NCBI GenBank assembly: GCA_963801165.1
Contig: CAWDDT010000009.1
Span: 96,001-160,000 of the forward strand
Direction of reading: 5' to 3'
Source: an uncultured bacterium
GTDB lineage: Bacteria > Actinomycetota > Acidimicrobiia > Spongiisociales > UBA5794
DNA: 64,000 bases
The notes below the pieces were generated by a model. It made no database searches and was not told the origin of the DNA. It was given only the letters and a program-made list of their open reading frames with translations. Shown in pieces: positions 36,039 to 46,399 of the stretch. The position numbers and the translations under genes were made by a program. The first letter of the stretch is position 1. Every line of letters begins with the position of its first letter.

Positions 36039-37115
36039 GTGGTAAGCAACACGGCGCCACCGGCCCCACCGACACCGAGTGTCGATGAGCGTGTCAGACA
36101 GGTGGGTGTGCTCAGCAAGCTTCTGACCCGACCGGAGTTGGGTGCCGTCGCCGGCACCGTCCTCGTTTGGGTGTTTTTTGCGGTCATTGCCCATGGGAAC
36201 AACTTCGTGAGTTGGCTGACCCTCGCCTCCATTCTCAACCGGGCGGCCCCACTCGGCATCCTCGCCGTTGCGGTGGCTCTGCTGATGATCGGTGGTGAGT
36301 TCGATCTCTCGGTCGGCTCACTGATCGGGTTCTCCGGGATGACGATCATGGTCCTCGTCTTTCCCACCGATGGTGGCGGGTTCGGCTGGTCGCTGTGGCC
36401 GGCGATGGTGCTAGCCCTCCTCATCGCAGTGGCCAGCGGGATCTTCAACGGCACCCTGGTGATGACCACGAAGCTGCCCTCTTTCATCATCACCCTGGCC
36501 ACTCTCTTCATTTTCCGGGGGCTCACGATTGCTCTCACCCGGTATTTCACCGACCGCACTCAGCTAGGTCATCTCGACACTGTCTCGGGATACGGTCTCG
36601 CCAACACGCTGTTCTCACAGAAGATCACGATCCTGGGTGCCAGCTACAGCGTGTCAATCCTATGGTGGATTGCCCTCACCGTGCTCGCTACCTGGGTGTT
36701 GCTGCGCACCAGGTCGGGTAACTGGATCTTCGGGTCCGGCGGCGACGCCGATGCCGCCCGCAACCAGGGGGTTCCCGTAAGCCGTACCAAGATCGCACTG
36801 TTTGTGGCGACCGCGATGGCGGCGTGGCTGGTTGCCGTGATCCAGGTCGTCGAATTCAAGTCGGCCGACACGCTGCGAGGGACGCTCCAAGAGTTCTATG
36901 CGATCATTGCCGTCGTAATCGGCGGCACCCTGCTGACCGGAGGCTACGGCTCGGCGGTCGGGGCGTTCTTGGGAGCACTCATCTTCGCAATGGTGCAGCA
37001 GGGCATCGTCATCACGGGTGTCAACGGCGACTGGTTCCGCGTGTTCGTAGGTGTGGTGCTGGTGGTGGCCGTGGTGTTCAACCAGTACGTTCGGCAGCAG
37101 GCGGCGAAACGATGA
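36039..37115 (+). CDS. Sugar ABC permease
   Basis: [39 protein letters not shown]. Confidence 0.92.
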   Translation: MVSNTAPPAPPTPSVDERVRQVGVLSKLLTRPELGAVAGTVLVWVFFAVIAHGNNFVSWLTLASILNRAAPLGILAVAVALLMIGGEFDLSVGSLIGFSGMTIMVLVFPTDGGGFGWSLWPAMVLALLIAVASGIFNGTLVMTTKLPSFIITLATLFIFRGLTIALTRYFTDRTQLGHLDTVSGYGLANTLFSQKITILGASYSVSILWWIALTVLATWVLLRTRSGNWIFGSGGDADAARNQGVPVSRTKIALFVATAMAAWLVAVIQVVEFKSADTLRGTLQEFYAIIAVVIGGTLLTGGYGSAVGAFLGALIFAMVQQGIVITGVNGDWFRVFVGVVLVVAVVFNQYVRQQAAKR

Positions 37116-37987
37116 GTGACAACGGTACTCCCCTCCTCGAAATCAAGAACATCTCGAAGTACTTCGGTAGCGTCATCGCCCTGCAGGATGTCTCGGCGTT
37201 TGTCCGCGCCGGTGAAGTGACCTGTCTGTTGGGTGATAACGGCGCCGGCAAGTCAACCCTCATCAAGGTTCTCTCCGGTGTGCACGCACCATCCGAGGGG
37301 CACTACTTCTTCGACGGCCAAGAACAGCAATTCGACTCGCCCCGCGACGCTCGTGACATGGGCATCGCCACCGTCTACCAGGATCTGTCGATGATCCCGT
37401 TGATGGCGGTGTGGCGCAACTTTTTCCTCGGGGCCGAGCCAACCAAGGGTTGGGGTCCATGGCGCCGGTATGACGTTGATTTCGCTAAGACGACGACGCT
37501 CGACGAGCTGCACAAGATGGGGATCGAAATCCGTGACCCGGATCAGTCGGTTGGCACGCTATCGGGTGGTGAGCGGCAGTCCGTCGCCATTGCCAGGGCC
37601 GTCTACTTCGGTGCCAAGGTCCTGATCCTCGACGAGCCGACCGCGGCCCTCGGGGTCAAGCAGGCGGGTGTCGTGCTCAAATACATAGTCCAGGCGAAAA
37701 ACCGGGGCATCGGCGTGATCTTCATCACCCACAACCCGCACCACGCTTACCCGGTTGGGGATCACTTTGTGATCCTGCGCCGTGGTCAGGTGTCCGGCGA
37801 CTTCGCCAAAGCCGAGCTACCGCTCGAGCAGCTCGTGCAGATGATGGCGGGCGGTGCCGATCTCGAGGTGCTCCAGCATGAGCTCGAGGCTGAGTCACAG
37901 AGTGGAGGCGAGGACGCCGATGCGATAGCGGAGACCGCCAAGAGCATCAGTGCAGAGCTTCACGACCTCGGTGCCGAATCGGACTGA
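37112..37987 (+). CDS. Sugar ABC ATP-binding protein
   Basis: [27 protein letters not shown]; ATGA coupling. Confidence 0.92.
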   Translation: MSDNGTPLLEIKNISKYFGSVIALQDVSAFVRAGEVTCLLGDNGAGKSTLIKVLSGVHAPSEGHYFFDGQEQQFDSPRDARDMGIATVYQDLSMIPLMAVWRNFFLGAEPTKGWGPWRRYDVDFAKTTTLDELHKMGIEIRDPDQSVGTLSGGERQSVAIARAVYFGAKVLILDEPTAALGVKQAGVVLKYIVQAKNRGIGVIFITHNPHHAYPVGDHFVILRRGQVSGDFAKAELPLEQLVQMMAGGADLEVLQHELEAESQSGGEDADAIAETAKSISAELHDLGAESD

Positions 37988-38553
37988 CTGGTGGCCCAAT
38001 TGCGTACGACGGCGATGGCGTCGTTGGTCAGGTCGATGCCCTGACGCAGCGTGCGGTCGCCGAGGACGTATTGCACCGTCGCCTCTGCATACTGCTCGGA
38101 CGGGGTGGTTTTCCAATCGGCGCCGTCAAACCATGCGGTGTCGGTGGGAAACCCCTGTGCCGAGAGGAACGCCGGCCGCAGTTCTTCTTGCTGGGGGCAG
38201 GTGAACTCGACGTTATGGGCGAACTCGTGAACCAACTCGTCGCTGAGGGTTGCCGGGGTACCAGGCACCCTCACGACGACGGTGGCGGTGTCCGGTTGGT
38301 ATTCGCCGCGGGTGTCGAGTTCCCAGGCGGCGTGCAAGGTGACATCGCCGATGCAGTCGAGGCGTGCCGGATGGTATTCGAGGAATTGTGCCCAGACGTC
38401 GGTGGCGAGCTCCTGCAAGTCGGAGGGAACGCTGGAGTCGAAACGCAGCTGCGGGGGCGACTCGGCACAGCCGGATGCCAAAGACCCCGTGAGGAGAGCG
38501 GCGATTGCTAGAGAAACGATACGGCGCACATCAGCGAGACTAATGGTGGCCAC
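37960..38553 (-). CDS. Hypothetical lipoprotein with zincin-like HExxH motif
   Basis: LASG-C lipobox; LVHEFAH followed by PSEQYAE. Confidence 0.6.
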   Translation of the reverse strand: MATISLADVRRIVSLAIAALLTGSLASGCAESPPQLRFDSSVPSDLQELATDVWAQFLEYHPARLDCIGDVTLHAAWELDTRGEYQPDTATVVVRVPGTPATLSDELVHEFAHNVEFTCPQQEELRPAFLSAQGFPTDTAWFDGADWKTTPSEQYAEATVQYVLGDRTLRQGIDLTNDAIAVVRNWATSQSDSAPRS

Positions 38554-38594
38554 GGTGGGCCTAACGGGCCCGGACTGATATCAAAGGAGTCGCA

Positions 38595-39362
38595 ATGGAT
38601 CTGTACCCAGACTTCAGACTCGGCGGCAAGGTGGCGGTGGTCACCGGGGCCAGCAAGGGCATCGGCCGAGATCTGGCGAACGCGCTGGCCGGGGCCGGCG
38701 CCCGCGTTGCCGTGACCGCCCGGAGTGAGGCCGCCCTTGCCGAGCTGGCGGCTGAGATCGAGCGCTCCGGCGGTGAGGCCTACCCGGTTGGGCTCGATGT
38801 TGGGAACGTTGCCGCTATCGGCCCCGTGTTCGACGACATCCGCGGTCACTTCGGCTCGGTAGACATTCTCGTTAACAATGCCGGTCTCGGTGCCAACCAT
38901 CCTGCCGAGGACGTGACCGAATCCGCCTGGGATGCGATGATGGACGTCAATCTGAAGGGTCTCTTCTTCTGCTGCCAGGCGGCTGGTCGCATCATGCTGG
39001 AGCAGGGATCGGGCCGGATCGTCAACATGAGCTCGCAGGCGGGCGTTGTCGGCATCCGCGACCACGCTGTCTATTCCGCCAGCAAGGGTGGGGTGAACAT
39101 GCTCACAAAGGTGCTCGCTCTCGAGTGGTCGAGCCGGGGAGTGACGGTGAACGCGGTGGCGCCAACCTTCATCTATACGCCTGGCACTGCCGAGCGGTTG
39201 GACCAGCCCGAATATCTGGCCGGGGTACTCGACCGGCTTCCCATCGGCCGGGTGGGCTCAACCACCGACGTGGCCGCCGCCGTCATCTACCTGGCCTCGC
39301 CGGCCGGCGGCCTCGTCACCGGCCACGTCCTACTGGTCGACGGCGGCTGGACGGCGCAATAG
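38595..39362 (+). CDS. SDR family oxidoreductase (KduD/gluconate dehydrogenase-like)
   Basis: TGASKGIG, NNAG, YSASKGG, VDGGWTAQ. Confidence 0.92.
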   Translation: MDLYPDFRLGGKVAVVTGASKGIGRDLANALAGAGARVAVTARSEAALAELAAEIERSGGEAYPVGLDVGNVAAIGPVFDDIRGHFGSVDILVNNAGLGANHPAEDVTESAWDAMMDVNLKGLFFCCQAAGRIMLEQGSGRIVNMSSQAGVVGIRDHAVYSASKGGVNMLTKVLALEWSSRGVTVNAVAPTFIYTPGTAERLDQPEYLAGVLDRLPIGRVGSTTDVAAAVIYLASPAGGLVTGHVLLVDGGWTAQ

Positions 39363-39734
39363 GTCCAGGTGACGGCAGCCCACCATCCCTAGACACAATG
39401 CTGTGGTGGTGCTCGGCAAGCGGCATCGCTCCGCATGGATCCGAGACCGATGACGTATGGCATCTGCGGCGGGCGACGCCGAGCGCCACGAGCTCTCTGG
39501 GCGGACAGCGATGCGATAGGCTTTGGTTTCTGATGGGAATCTCGTCGTTCCGGCTTCTGTGGGGCAGAGGGTGACCAGGCCGGTGTCTGGCGAGGCAGCG
39601 CTCACCTGCGAGGCCCCCCTCGGCGGGTGTACGCCCTTTGCGTTCGGAGCTGGACTTATCGTCCTCGGTGATAGCGCTGGCGAATCTATCTTGGCTAGGC
39701 TCGTTGACCGTCCGCCTGGCTTGGTGCAGCACTG

Positions 39735-40292
39735 ATGACGAGTCATATCGAGTTGGTTGAAGTTCGTGTCCGGGGGTGGGCACTCGGAGCACTTGCCTCA
39801 AGTCTCACGGTCGTCTGGCTGCTGATGCTGTTTCTAGTGCACGTATACGTTCCGTCGGACCTCGGCGGTCTCTCTCGGCCGATGCGGCCACTCCTTCCGT
39901 ACGTCGCGGTGACCATACTTATCAGTATCTGGAGGTTCGACACGGCCAGCAACGTTGGAAGGATCGTGATCGACGACCACGGTCTTTCTCTGCCCTGGTT
40001 TTGGTGGGAAACGCATCGGCTCACCCTTTGGTCCAAGGTTGCTAGGGCCGAGGTCGATGCCGTCGCCGGGAGTGGTGTGCGGGCGCAGCGGCTCCGTCTG
40101 TTTGGACCTCGTGGGTCGGTATGCGCACTTGTTGGAAGAAGGTGGGTCGACGACTGGGATCTGTTGCTGCAAGCGGTCCGGGACCGTGACGTGGAGATCC
40201 ACGTGACCCCTGCGGTGAGCGCCTGGGATGCCGCTGCCGCCGATGGCCTCATCAGGCCCCGACCTCGGTGGCTGTCTCGACGACGGAAATGA
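39735..40292 (+). CDS. Hypothetical membrane protein (2 TM plus PH-like beta domain)
   Basis: Two hydrophobic segments, then RIVIDDHGLSL...W..V pattern. Confidence 0.5.
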   Translation: MTSHIELVEVRVRGWALGALASSLTVVWLLMLFLVHVYVPSDLGGLSRPMRPLLPYVAVTILISIWRFDTASNVGRIVIDDHGLSLPWFWWETHRLTLWSKVARAEVDAVAGSGVRAQRLRLFGPRGSVCALVGRRWVDDWDLLLQAVRDRDVEIHVTPAVSAWDAAAADGLIRPRPRWLSRRRK

Positions 40293-40653
40293 CCACGCGA
40301 TCTTCATCGCCGCGTCAGGGCTGGGCCGCATGCTGATTGATATCGAACGCGTTCTCGGGTTTGGTGCAAGGTCTGGCGCTTGGGCCGCCTGCCCGAACGG
40401 TAGGGGAACCACAAGCTCACCGGGGTTGTCGATGGCGGAACGCGTGCTCTTCCCCGTCACCGAGTTTCGGCGCGGACTAGGTCGATGCGACGGAACCGCT
40501 GTCGGTTACCTTCGAGCTCTCCCGTGGTGAGGACGAGCCGACGGTCGTCACCAAACGCAGGTACCCCGTCCGCTGTCGCATCGTCATATTGTGCCAAACC
40601 CGGCGTGATCGGGCGAGTTCGTGAGACGGCCACTGAGGTGGGTTCCCGCGTTG

Positions 40654-41811
40654 TCAGCTCGCAGCCAGAGTCTCGTGCACGGCGGTTGCCGCCAGCGCCG
40701 TAACCCGATCATCCATCGGGAAGGTGTGCTCCCCGGCGTGGACGACGTATGCACGGTCGAGCCGGAGGGTGTCGAGTGCCGAGTGCAGCGACTTGGTCAT
40801 CCGGGGCGCGGTAGTGCGTTTCATCTCGAATCCGAGACGATGTCCGTCCTGGATGGTGAACAGGTCGAGCTCGGCACCGGCGTGGGTCGCCCAGAAGTAC
40901 AGGTCCCGGGGAGCTGCTCCAAGCGCGGCGGCGATTTCGGCAATCAACAGCGATTCCCAGGAGTACCCGGCCACGGGGTGTGCCAGCACGGCGTCGAGAT
41001 CGCTCAGGCTGAGAAGCGTGTGAAGTAGCCCCGTGTCAGCCACGTATAACTTTGGTGACTTGACCTGCCGTTTCTTCACGTTCTCGAACCACGGTTGGAG
41101 CTGCCGTACCACCAGCGCCGAGGTCAGCATGTCGAGGTAGCTGCGGACCAGGTGGCCCGATAGGCCGAGTGCTTTCGAGAACGCTGCCGCGTTCCAGGTG
41201 GTGCCGTGGCTGTGGGCAAGCATCGTCCACAGCCGGCGCATGGTCTGTGAAGGGACGGTGATTCCGAGCTGGGGCAGGTCACGCTCGAGAAAGGTTCTGG
41301 TGAAGTCTTCTCTCCACTTGAACGACGCACCGTCGTCCTCGGCGAGGAAGGAGCGAGGGAACCCGCCCCGATTCCACAGCCTGTTCAGGTGTGCGACCCC
41401 CACTTCGTCGCTGGTGAACGGGGTGAGGTCCAGGTAGGCGATCCGGCCCGCCAGAGTCTCCGACGTCTGCCGGAGCAGGGCACCCGAGGCACTCCCCAGG
41501 ATCAGATATTGGGCGGTGGTACCAGGACGGTCGATCAGCACCCGGAGCACCGCAAAGACCCCGGGGAGACGCTGAACCTCATCGAGGACCACGAGTCCCG
41601 TGAGCGACGACAGCGCCAACTCCGGATCCTGCAGACGCGCCAGGTCGGCTGGCGACTCGAGGTCGAAATGGTGCACCGGACCGGTGCACGCCTCGGCGTA
41701 TTGCCGAGCCAGAGTCGTCTTCCCGACCTGTCTAGCACCGAGGACGGCCACAGCCGGGTTGTGGTCGAGTAACCACGACAGGCGGCGCAGGTGCACATCT
41801 CGGGCAATCAT
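40654..41811 (-). CDS. AAA_14 ATPase with DUF4143 domain
   Basis: GARQVGKTT, VVLDEVQR, LGSAS, ETLAGRI, RGGFP, KSPKLYVADTGL, ELDL...GFEMK. Confidence 0.92.
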   Translation of the reverse strand: MIARDVHLRRLSWLLDHNPAVAVLGARQVGKTTLARQYAEACTGPVHHFDLESPADLARLQDPELALSSLTGLVVLDEVQRLPGVFAVLRVLIDRPGTTAQYLILGSASGALLRQTSETLAGRIAYLDLTPFTSDEVGVAHLNRLWNRGGFPRSFLAEDDGASFKWREDFTRTFLERDLPQLGITVPSQTMRRLWTMLAHSHGTTWNAAAFSKALGLSGHLVRSYLDMLTSALVVRQLQPWFENVKKRQVKSPKLYVADTGLLHTLLSLSDLDAVLAHPVAGYSWESLLIAEIAAALGAAPRDLYFWATHAGAELDLFTIQDGHRLGFEMKRTTAPRMTKSLHSALDTLRLDRAYVVHAGEHTFPMDDRVTALAATAVHETLAAS

Positions 41812-41994
41812 CTCACCAGGATACTAGAAAATCTCAAATCCCCTTGCATATTTTCAAGGATGGAATCGGCGGTCTGCTCCGTGTCGGTGATCCTGCCTTG
41901 CTGGTCACTCACGTCACGGAGGACGGGCTCAGACCGATCTGGTACGCAAGAACGTCTCGAACCCGCCTGTGTCAGACCGGTAAGGGCGCATTCA

Positions 41995-42978
41995 CTACAG
42001 CTCGAAAGCTGACAGGTCGCGGAGTTGCTCGATCCGGTGGGTGGCCTCTATGTAACGCACGGTGCCCGTCTTGGCGCGAAGGACCAGCGAGTGGGTGCTT
42101 ACCGTGTGGCTTGCAAAACGAACGCCCCGGAGCAGTTCGCCTGACGTCACCCCGGTGGCGGCAAAGAAGGTGTTGTCGGAGTTGACGAGGTCGCGCGTGG
42201 TCAGCACCTGGGTGAGATCGAGACCTTCCTGGGCTGCATAGTCGCGCTCGCTGTCGTCACGAGGCCACAGCTTCGCCTGAATCTCTGCGCCAAGCGCCGT
42301 GAGGGCACATGCGGAAACGACCGCCTCCGGTGACCCGCCGATGCCGAAGAGGATGTCGACACCGCTATCGGCTTTAGCCGTGGCGATGCTGCCCGAGATG
42401 TCTCCGTCGCCGATGAGCACGATGCGGGCGCCGGCCTTACGCACCGCGTCAATGTACGGTTCGTTGCGGGGCCGGTCGAGGATGATCGCGGTTACATCCG
42501 ACACCGGTTTCTCGTAGGCTCGGGCCACCTGGGCGAGGTTGTGGGCCACCGGCGCCTCGATATCGATCATTCCGGCGGCCGCCGAGCCCACTGCGATCTT
42601 GTCCATGTAGACGAGACTGCCCGGGGCGTACATCGACCCCCTTGGGGCGAGTGCGATCACGGCAAGCGCACCGGGCAAGCCACGGGCAGTCGGCCGGGTG
42701 CCGTCGACGGGATCAACGGCGACATCCACACGGGGCGGGTTGCCGTTGCCGACCCGCTCGCCGTTGTAGAGCATCGGGGCTTCGTCCTTCTCGCCCTCAC
42801 CGATGACGACAACGCCGTCCATGTCGATAGTCGAGAGAACCTGACGCATCGCATCGACCGCCGCCTGATCGACCGCCTCTTTGTCTCCCCGGCCCTGGTA
42901 ATGGGCGGCCGCGATGGCGGCCACCTCGGTCACCCGCACCAGGTCGAGCGCGAGGTTTCTCTCTGGCTTCTCCGGCAT
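41995..42978 (-). CDS. glpX: Class II fructose-1,6-bisphosphatase
   Basis: VRVTE.AA, VVIGEGEKDEAPMLYNGE, DPVDGT, YMDK, FAATGVT.G. Confidence 0.96.
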   Translation of the reverse strand: MPEKPERNLALDLVRVTEVAAIAAAHYQGRGDKEAVDQAAVDAMRQVLSTIDMDGVVVIGEGEKDEAPMLYNGERVGNGNPPRVDVAVDPVDGTRPTARGLPGALAVIALAPRGSMYAPGSLVYMDKIAVGSAAAGMIDIEAPVAHNLAQVARAYEKPVSDVTAIILDRPRNEPYIDAVRKAGARIVLIGDGDISGSIATAKADSGVDILFGIGGSPEAVVSACALTALGAEIQAKLWPRDDSERDYAAQEGLDLTQVLTTRDLVNSDNTFFAATGVTSGELLRGVRFASHTVSTHSLVLRAKTGTVRYIEATHRIEQLRDLSAFEL

Positions 42979-42988
42979 CGATGTCCTC

Positions 42989-44167
42989 CTACGAGACTCG
43001 AACGATCAACGCGTCGCCCTGGCCCCCGCCGCCACACAGCCCGGCGGCACCGATGCCGCCTCCCCGGGCGCGCAGCGCGTTGATGAGGGCGATGGTGATC
43101 CGCGCACCGCTGGCACCGACCGGGTGGCCTAGTGCGACGGCCCCGCCGTTCACGTTCACCTTCTCCGGGTCCAGTCCCAGCATCTTGGTGGACCACAGCG
43201 CCACCGCAGCGAACGCCTCGTTGATCTCGACCAGGTCGAGGTTGCTGGGATCCAATCCGGCTGCGGTGAGGGCACGGTCGATTGCCTGTGCGGGACGCTC
43301 CTGCAAAGTGGCGTCGGGTCCTGCGGTCTGCCCGTATCCGAGGATCTCGGCCAGGATGGGAAGACCGGCCGCCTCGGCGGCGGAGCGGTCGGCGACGATG
43401 ACGGCCGCTGCACCGTCGGAGATCTGTGACGAGTTGCCCGCAGTAACGGTGCCGTCGGCGACAAACGCCGGCCGCAGCTTGCCCAGGCTCTCGACCGTGG
43501 TGCCCGGGCGCATCCCCTCGTCCTCCTCGACCAGCAGCGGATCGCCACGTCTTTGCGGAACCTCGACCGGCACGATCTCTTTGCCGAGGACGCCCGACTT
43601 GGTGGCATTGATGGCACGCTCGTGTGAAGCGGCAGCCCACTCGTCCTGCTCTTGCCGGCTGATGCCGAGCGTGACGTTTTTGCGGTCCGTGGACTCGCCC
43701 ATCATGCACTCATCGAATGAGCACATCAGCGCGTCGTGCTGCAGTGAGTCGGCCAGAGTGGCATCTCCGAGCCGGAACCCCTGGCGGGCCCCTATCAACA
43801 GATGAGGAGCGTTGGTCATCGACTCCATCCCTCCGGCGAGGACGAACCTGGCCTCGCCGAGCCGGATTCGCCTGCCGGCCTCCTGGATTGCGGTCATGCT
43901 GGAGAGGCACGCCTTGTTGATGACGGTCGACGGCACGCTCATCGGCACGCCGGCGGCAAACGCTGCCGGTCGGGCGCTCACCTGACCCGAGCCTGCCTGG
44001 ATCACTTGCCCGAAAAGGACCTCGTCGAGCTGAGCCGGATCGAGGCCGGCGCGGTCGACGGCCCCTCTCATTGCGACGGTGCCGAGCTCCGCAGCCCGGA
44101 GCGGGGTGAATGCTCCGTTGAGCTTGCCAAACGGTGTGCGGGCAATCGAGCAGATGACCGGGTTCAT
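42989..44167 (-). CDS. Acetyl-CoA C-acyltransferase (thiolase)
   Basis: ARTPFG, INKACLS, GGMESM, TAGNSSQISDGAA, EINEAFA, GHPVGASG, CGGGG. Confidence 0.95.
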   Translation of the reverse strand: MNPVICSIARTPFGKLNGAFTPLRAAELGTVAMRGAVDRAGLDPAQLDEVLFGQVIQAGSGQVSARPAAFAAGVPMSVPSTVINKACLSSMTAIQEAGRRIRLGEARFVLAGGMESMTNAPHLLIGARQGFRLGDATLADSLQHDALMCSFDECMMGESTDRKNVTLGISRQEQDEWAAASHERAINATKSGVLGKEIVPVEVPQRRGDPLLVEEDEGMRPGTTVESLGKLRPAFVADGTVTAGNSSQISDGAAAVIVADRSAAEAAGLPILAEILGYGQTAGPDATLQERPAQAIDRALTAAGLDPSNLDLVEINEAFAAVALWSTKMLGLDPEKVNVNGGAVALGHPVGASGARITIALINALRARGGGIGAAGLCGGGGQGDALIVRVS

Positions 44168-44397
44168 CCAATCCTTCCTGGTCGCTACCTGCGATGGTAC
44201 CCGGTGACGGGGGCTGCGATCCCGCGTTCGGGCGACCAATTCGTCTCGTCAGCCCAGATCTCCGTCTTGCGCTGGTGGTGTGACCGGTGGCTCACCTCCG
44301 CTCTTGCCAACTAGATACACCGCGCTTCAGTGGTCGGTCTCGCATGACGATGGTGCACCTATGTGCACTCTGCCACGACGTTGACAATACCCAAGGG

Positions 44398-46383
44398 ATG
44401 GGGATCAGATTGCTGTCACCAGAGCGGGGCTCAGGGGGAGAATCGCACAGACGCAACGTGATGTTGATGGGTGGATCGCTTGCCGACCGCGACGTCATTG
44501 CCCGGTTGCTGTCGGAGGCGGGCAGCGACGCGTACGACCTCGACTGGGTGCAAAGCGAGTCCGCCATTGTCTGGGGGCTCGGCGGCACACAGGTGATCCT
44601 CTGGCGGCTCGGCGAGGGAGCGAGGCTGGCAGAGTTCGTAGAGTGGGTCGATGCTGCCGAGCACACCGCACCGGTAGTGGCGGTCATGGATCCGGGTGAG
44701 GATGACATCGCGGCGATACGGTGCGGTGCGACAGACGCGGTGATCTTCGACCATCTCGACGCCGGCACGCTGAGTCGATCCATCCGCTACTCCGTGGAGC
44801 GGCACAGGCTGATCACAGAGCTAGAGCGTGAGCGTCAGCTTCTGCACGCCCTTCTCGACACCCTTCCCTCTGCGATCTACTTCAAGGACGCCGAGAGTCG
44901 CTTCCTGAGGATCAGCCGGAAGCTGGCCAATGACTTCAATCTGGCTCATCCATCGCAGGTGATCGGCAAGACGGACTCGGACTTCTTCGCAGAAGAGCAT
45001 GCGACCAGGGCATTTCGCGACGAGCAGGCGCTCGTCGGAGGCGAAGTGGACGTGATCCGGAAGGAAGAGCGGGAAGTCTGGGCCGACGGTCGGGTCACCT
45101 GGGCTGCTACTAGCAAGCTGCCGCTACGTGACCGGATGGGCAGGATCGTCGGCACCTTTGGCATGTCCCTGGACGTTACGGACAAGAAGGCCGCGGAGTC
45201 ATTGCTACGTAGTGACAAGGAGGCGGCCGAGGATGCCAGCAGGGCCAAGTCCGACTTCGTCGCCAATATCAGCCACGAGATCCGGACCCCGATGAATGCC
45301 ATCCTCGGGATGACGGATCTCGTCCTCGAGACCGATCTTGACGCCACCCAGCGCGACTACCTCGAAATGGTCCGCGAGTCTGCGGAAGCTCTCATGGTGA
45401 TCGTCGACGATGTTCTCGACTTCTCGAAGATCGAAGCAGGCAAGATGGACCTATCGCCGACCACGGTCGACATTCGCGCGCTATGTGCTCAGACCCTCAG
45501 CCCGCTCTCGGTTCGCGCCGATCGAAAGGGCATCGAACTCGTTGTCGACGTTCACGAAAGCGTGCCGTCACTGCTGGTTGTCGACAGTGTGCGGCTCCGC
45601 CAGGTCATTGCGAATCTGGTGGTCAACGCCGTCAAGTTCACCGACACGGGAAGCGTGACGTTCTCGCTGGCATTGGCTGCCGAGTCCGACGAGGAGGTTG
45701 TTGTACGGTTCGCCGTTCGCGATACCGGCATCGGCATTCGCCGGGCGAAGCTCGGTGAGATCTTCGCTGCATTCGAGCAGGCAGATGCGTCGACGACCCG
45801 CCGATTTGGGGGTACGGGTCTCGGCCTGAGCATCTCTTCGCGCATCGTGACGCTGATGGGCGGTGTCCTGGTGGTGGAGAGTGAGGAGGGTGAAGGGAGC
45901 ACATTCCATTTCTCCGTTGCCGTTCCCAAGGGCGAGCAGCTGGCGGTGATGCCTCAGGCTCAGGCGGTCAACCGCGAGGCAGACGATCTTGCCGCGGCTC
46001 TCGCACTGAAAAGCGTACTCATCGTCAACGACTCGCACGCCAGCCAGCGTGTGCTCCAGGCCCAGCTGCAGCGCCATTCGATCCAGACGGACTGTGTTGC
46101 CGATGGCGTCGCCGCTGTAGAAGCAGTGAGGAGGGGCGGTGTCGATTTGGTGCTGATGGACGTGCAGATGCCCGTTCTGGACGGCCTGGCCGCGACCCAG
46201 CTGATCCGTCGAGAGGAGCAGGGCTCGGGGTCCCGGATTCCCATCGTCGCGGTCACTGCGCGTGCTATGAAGGGGGATCGGGATCGATGTCTTGCCTCGG
46301 GCATGGACGAGTACGTTGCGCTGCCGACGACAACGGTGCGTCTGCTCCGTGCGATGGCAGCTGCGACAGATGGTTCGCCCTGA
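44398..46383 (+). CDS. Hybrid sensor histidine kinase (degenerate REC, PAS, HisKA, HATPase, REC)
   Basis: IYFKDAESRF PAS, ANISHEIRTPMN, NLVVNAVKFT, DTGIG, GGTGLGL, LMDVQMP. Start uncertain. Confidence 0.9.
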   Translation: MGIRLLSPERGSGGESHRRNVMLMGGSLADRDVIARLLSEAGSDAYDLDWVQSESAIVWGLGGTQVILWRLGEGARLAEFVEWVDAAEHTAPVVAVMDPGEDDIAAIRCGATDAVIFDHLDAGTLSRSIRYSVERHRLITELERERQLLHALLDTLPSAIYFKDAESRFLRISRKLANDFNLAHPSQVIGKTDSDFFAEEHATRAFRDEQALVGGEVDVIRKEEREVWADGRVTWAATSKLPLRDRMGRIVGTFGMSLDVTDKKAAESLLRSDKEAAEDASRAKSDFVANISHEIRTPMNAILGMTDLVLETDLDATQRDYLEMVRESAEALMVIVDDVLDFSKIEAGKMDLSPTTVDIRALCAQTLSPLSVRADRKGIELVVDVHESVPSLLVVDSVRLRQVIANLVVNAVKFTDTGSVTFSLALAAESDEEVVVRFAVRDTGIGIRRAKLGEIFAAFEQADASTTRRFGGTGLGLSISSRIVTLMGGVLVVESEEGEGSTFHFSVAVPKGEQLAVMPQAQAVNREADDLAAALALKSVLIVNDSHASQRVLQAQLQRHSIQTDCVADGVAAVEAVRRGGVDLVLMDVQMPVLDGLAATQLIRREEQGSGSRIPIVAVTARAMKGDRDRCLASGMDEYVALPTTTVRLLRAMAAATDGSP

Positions 46384-46399
46384 CGCGTCGGGTCGACAA

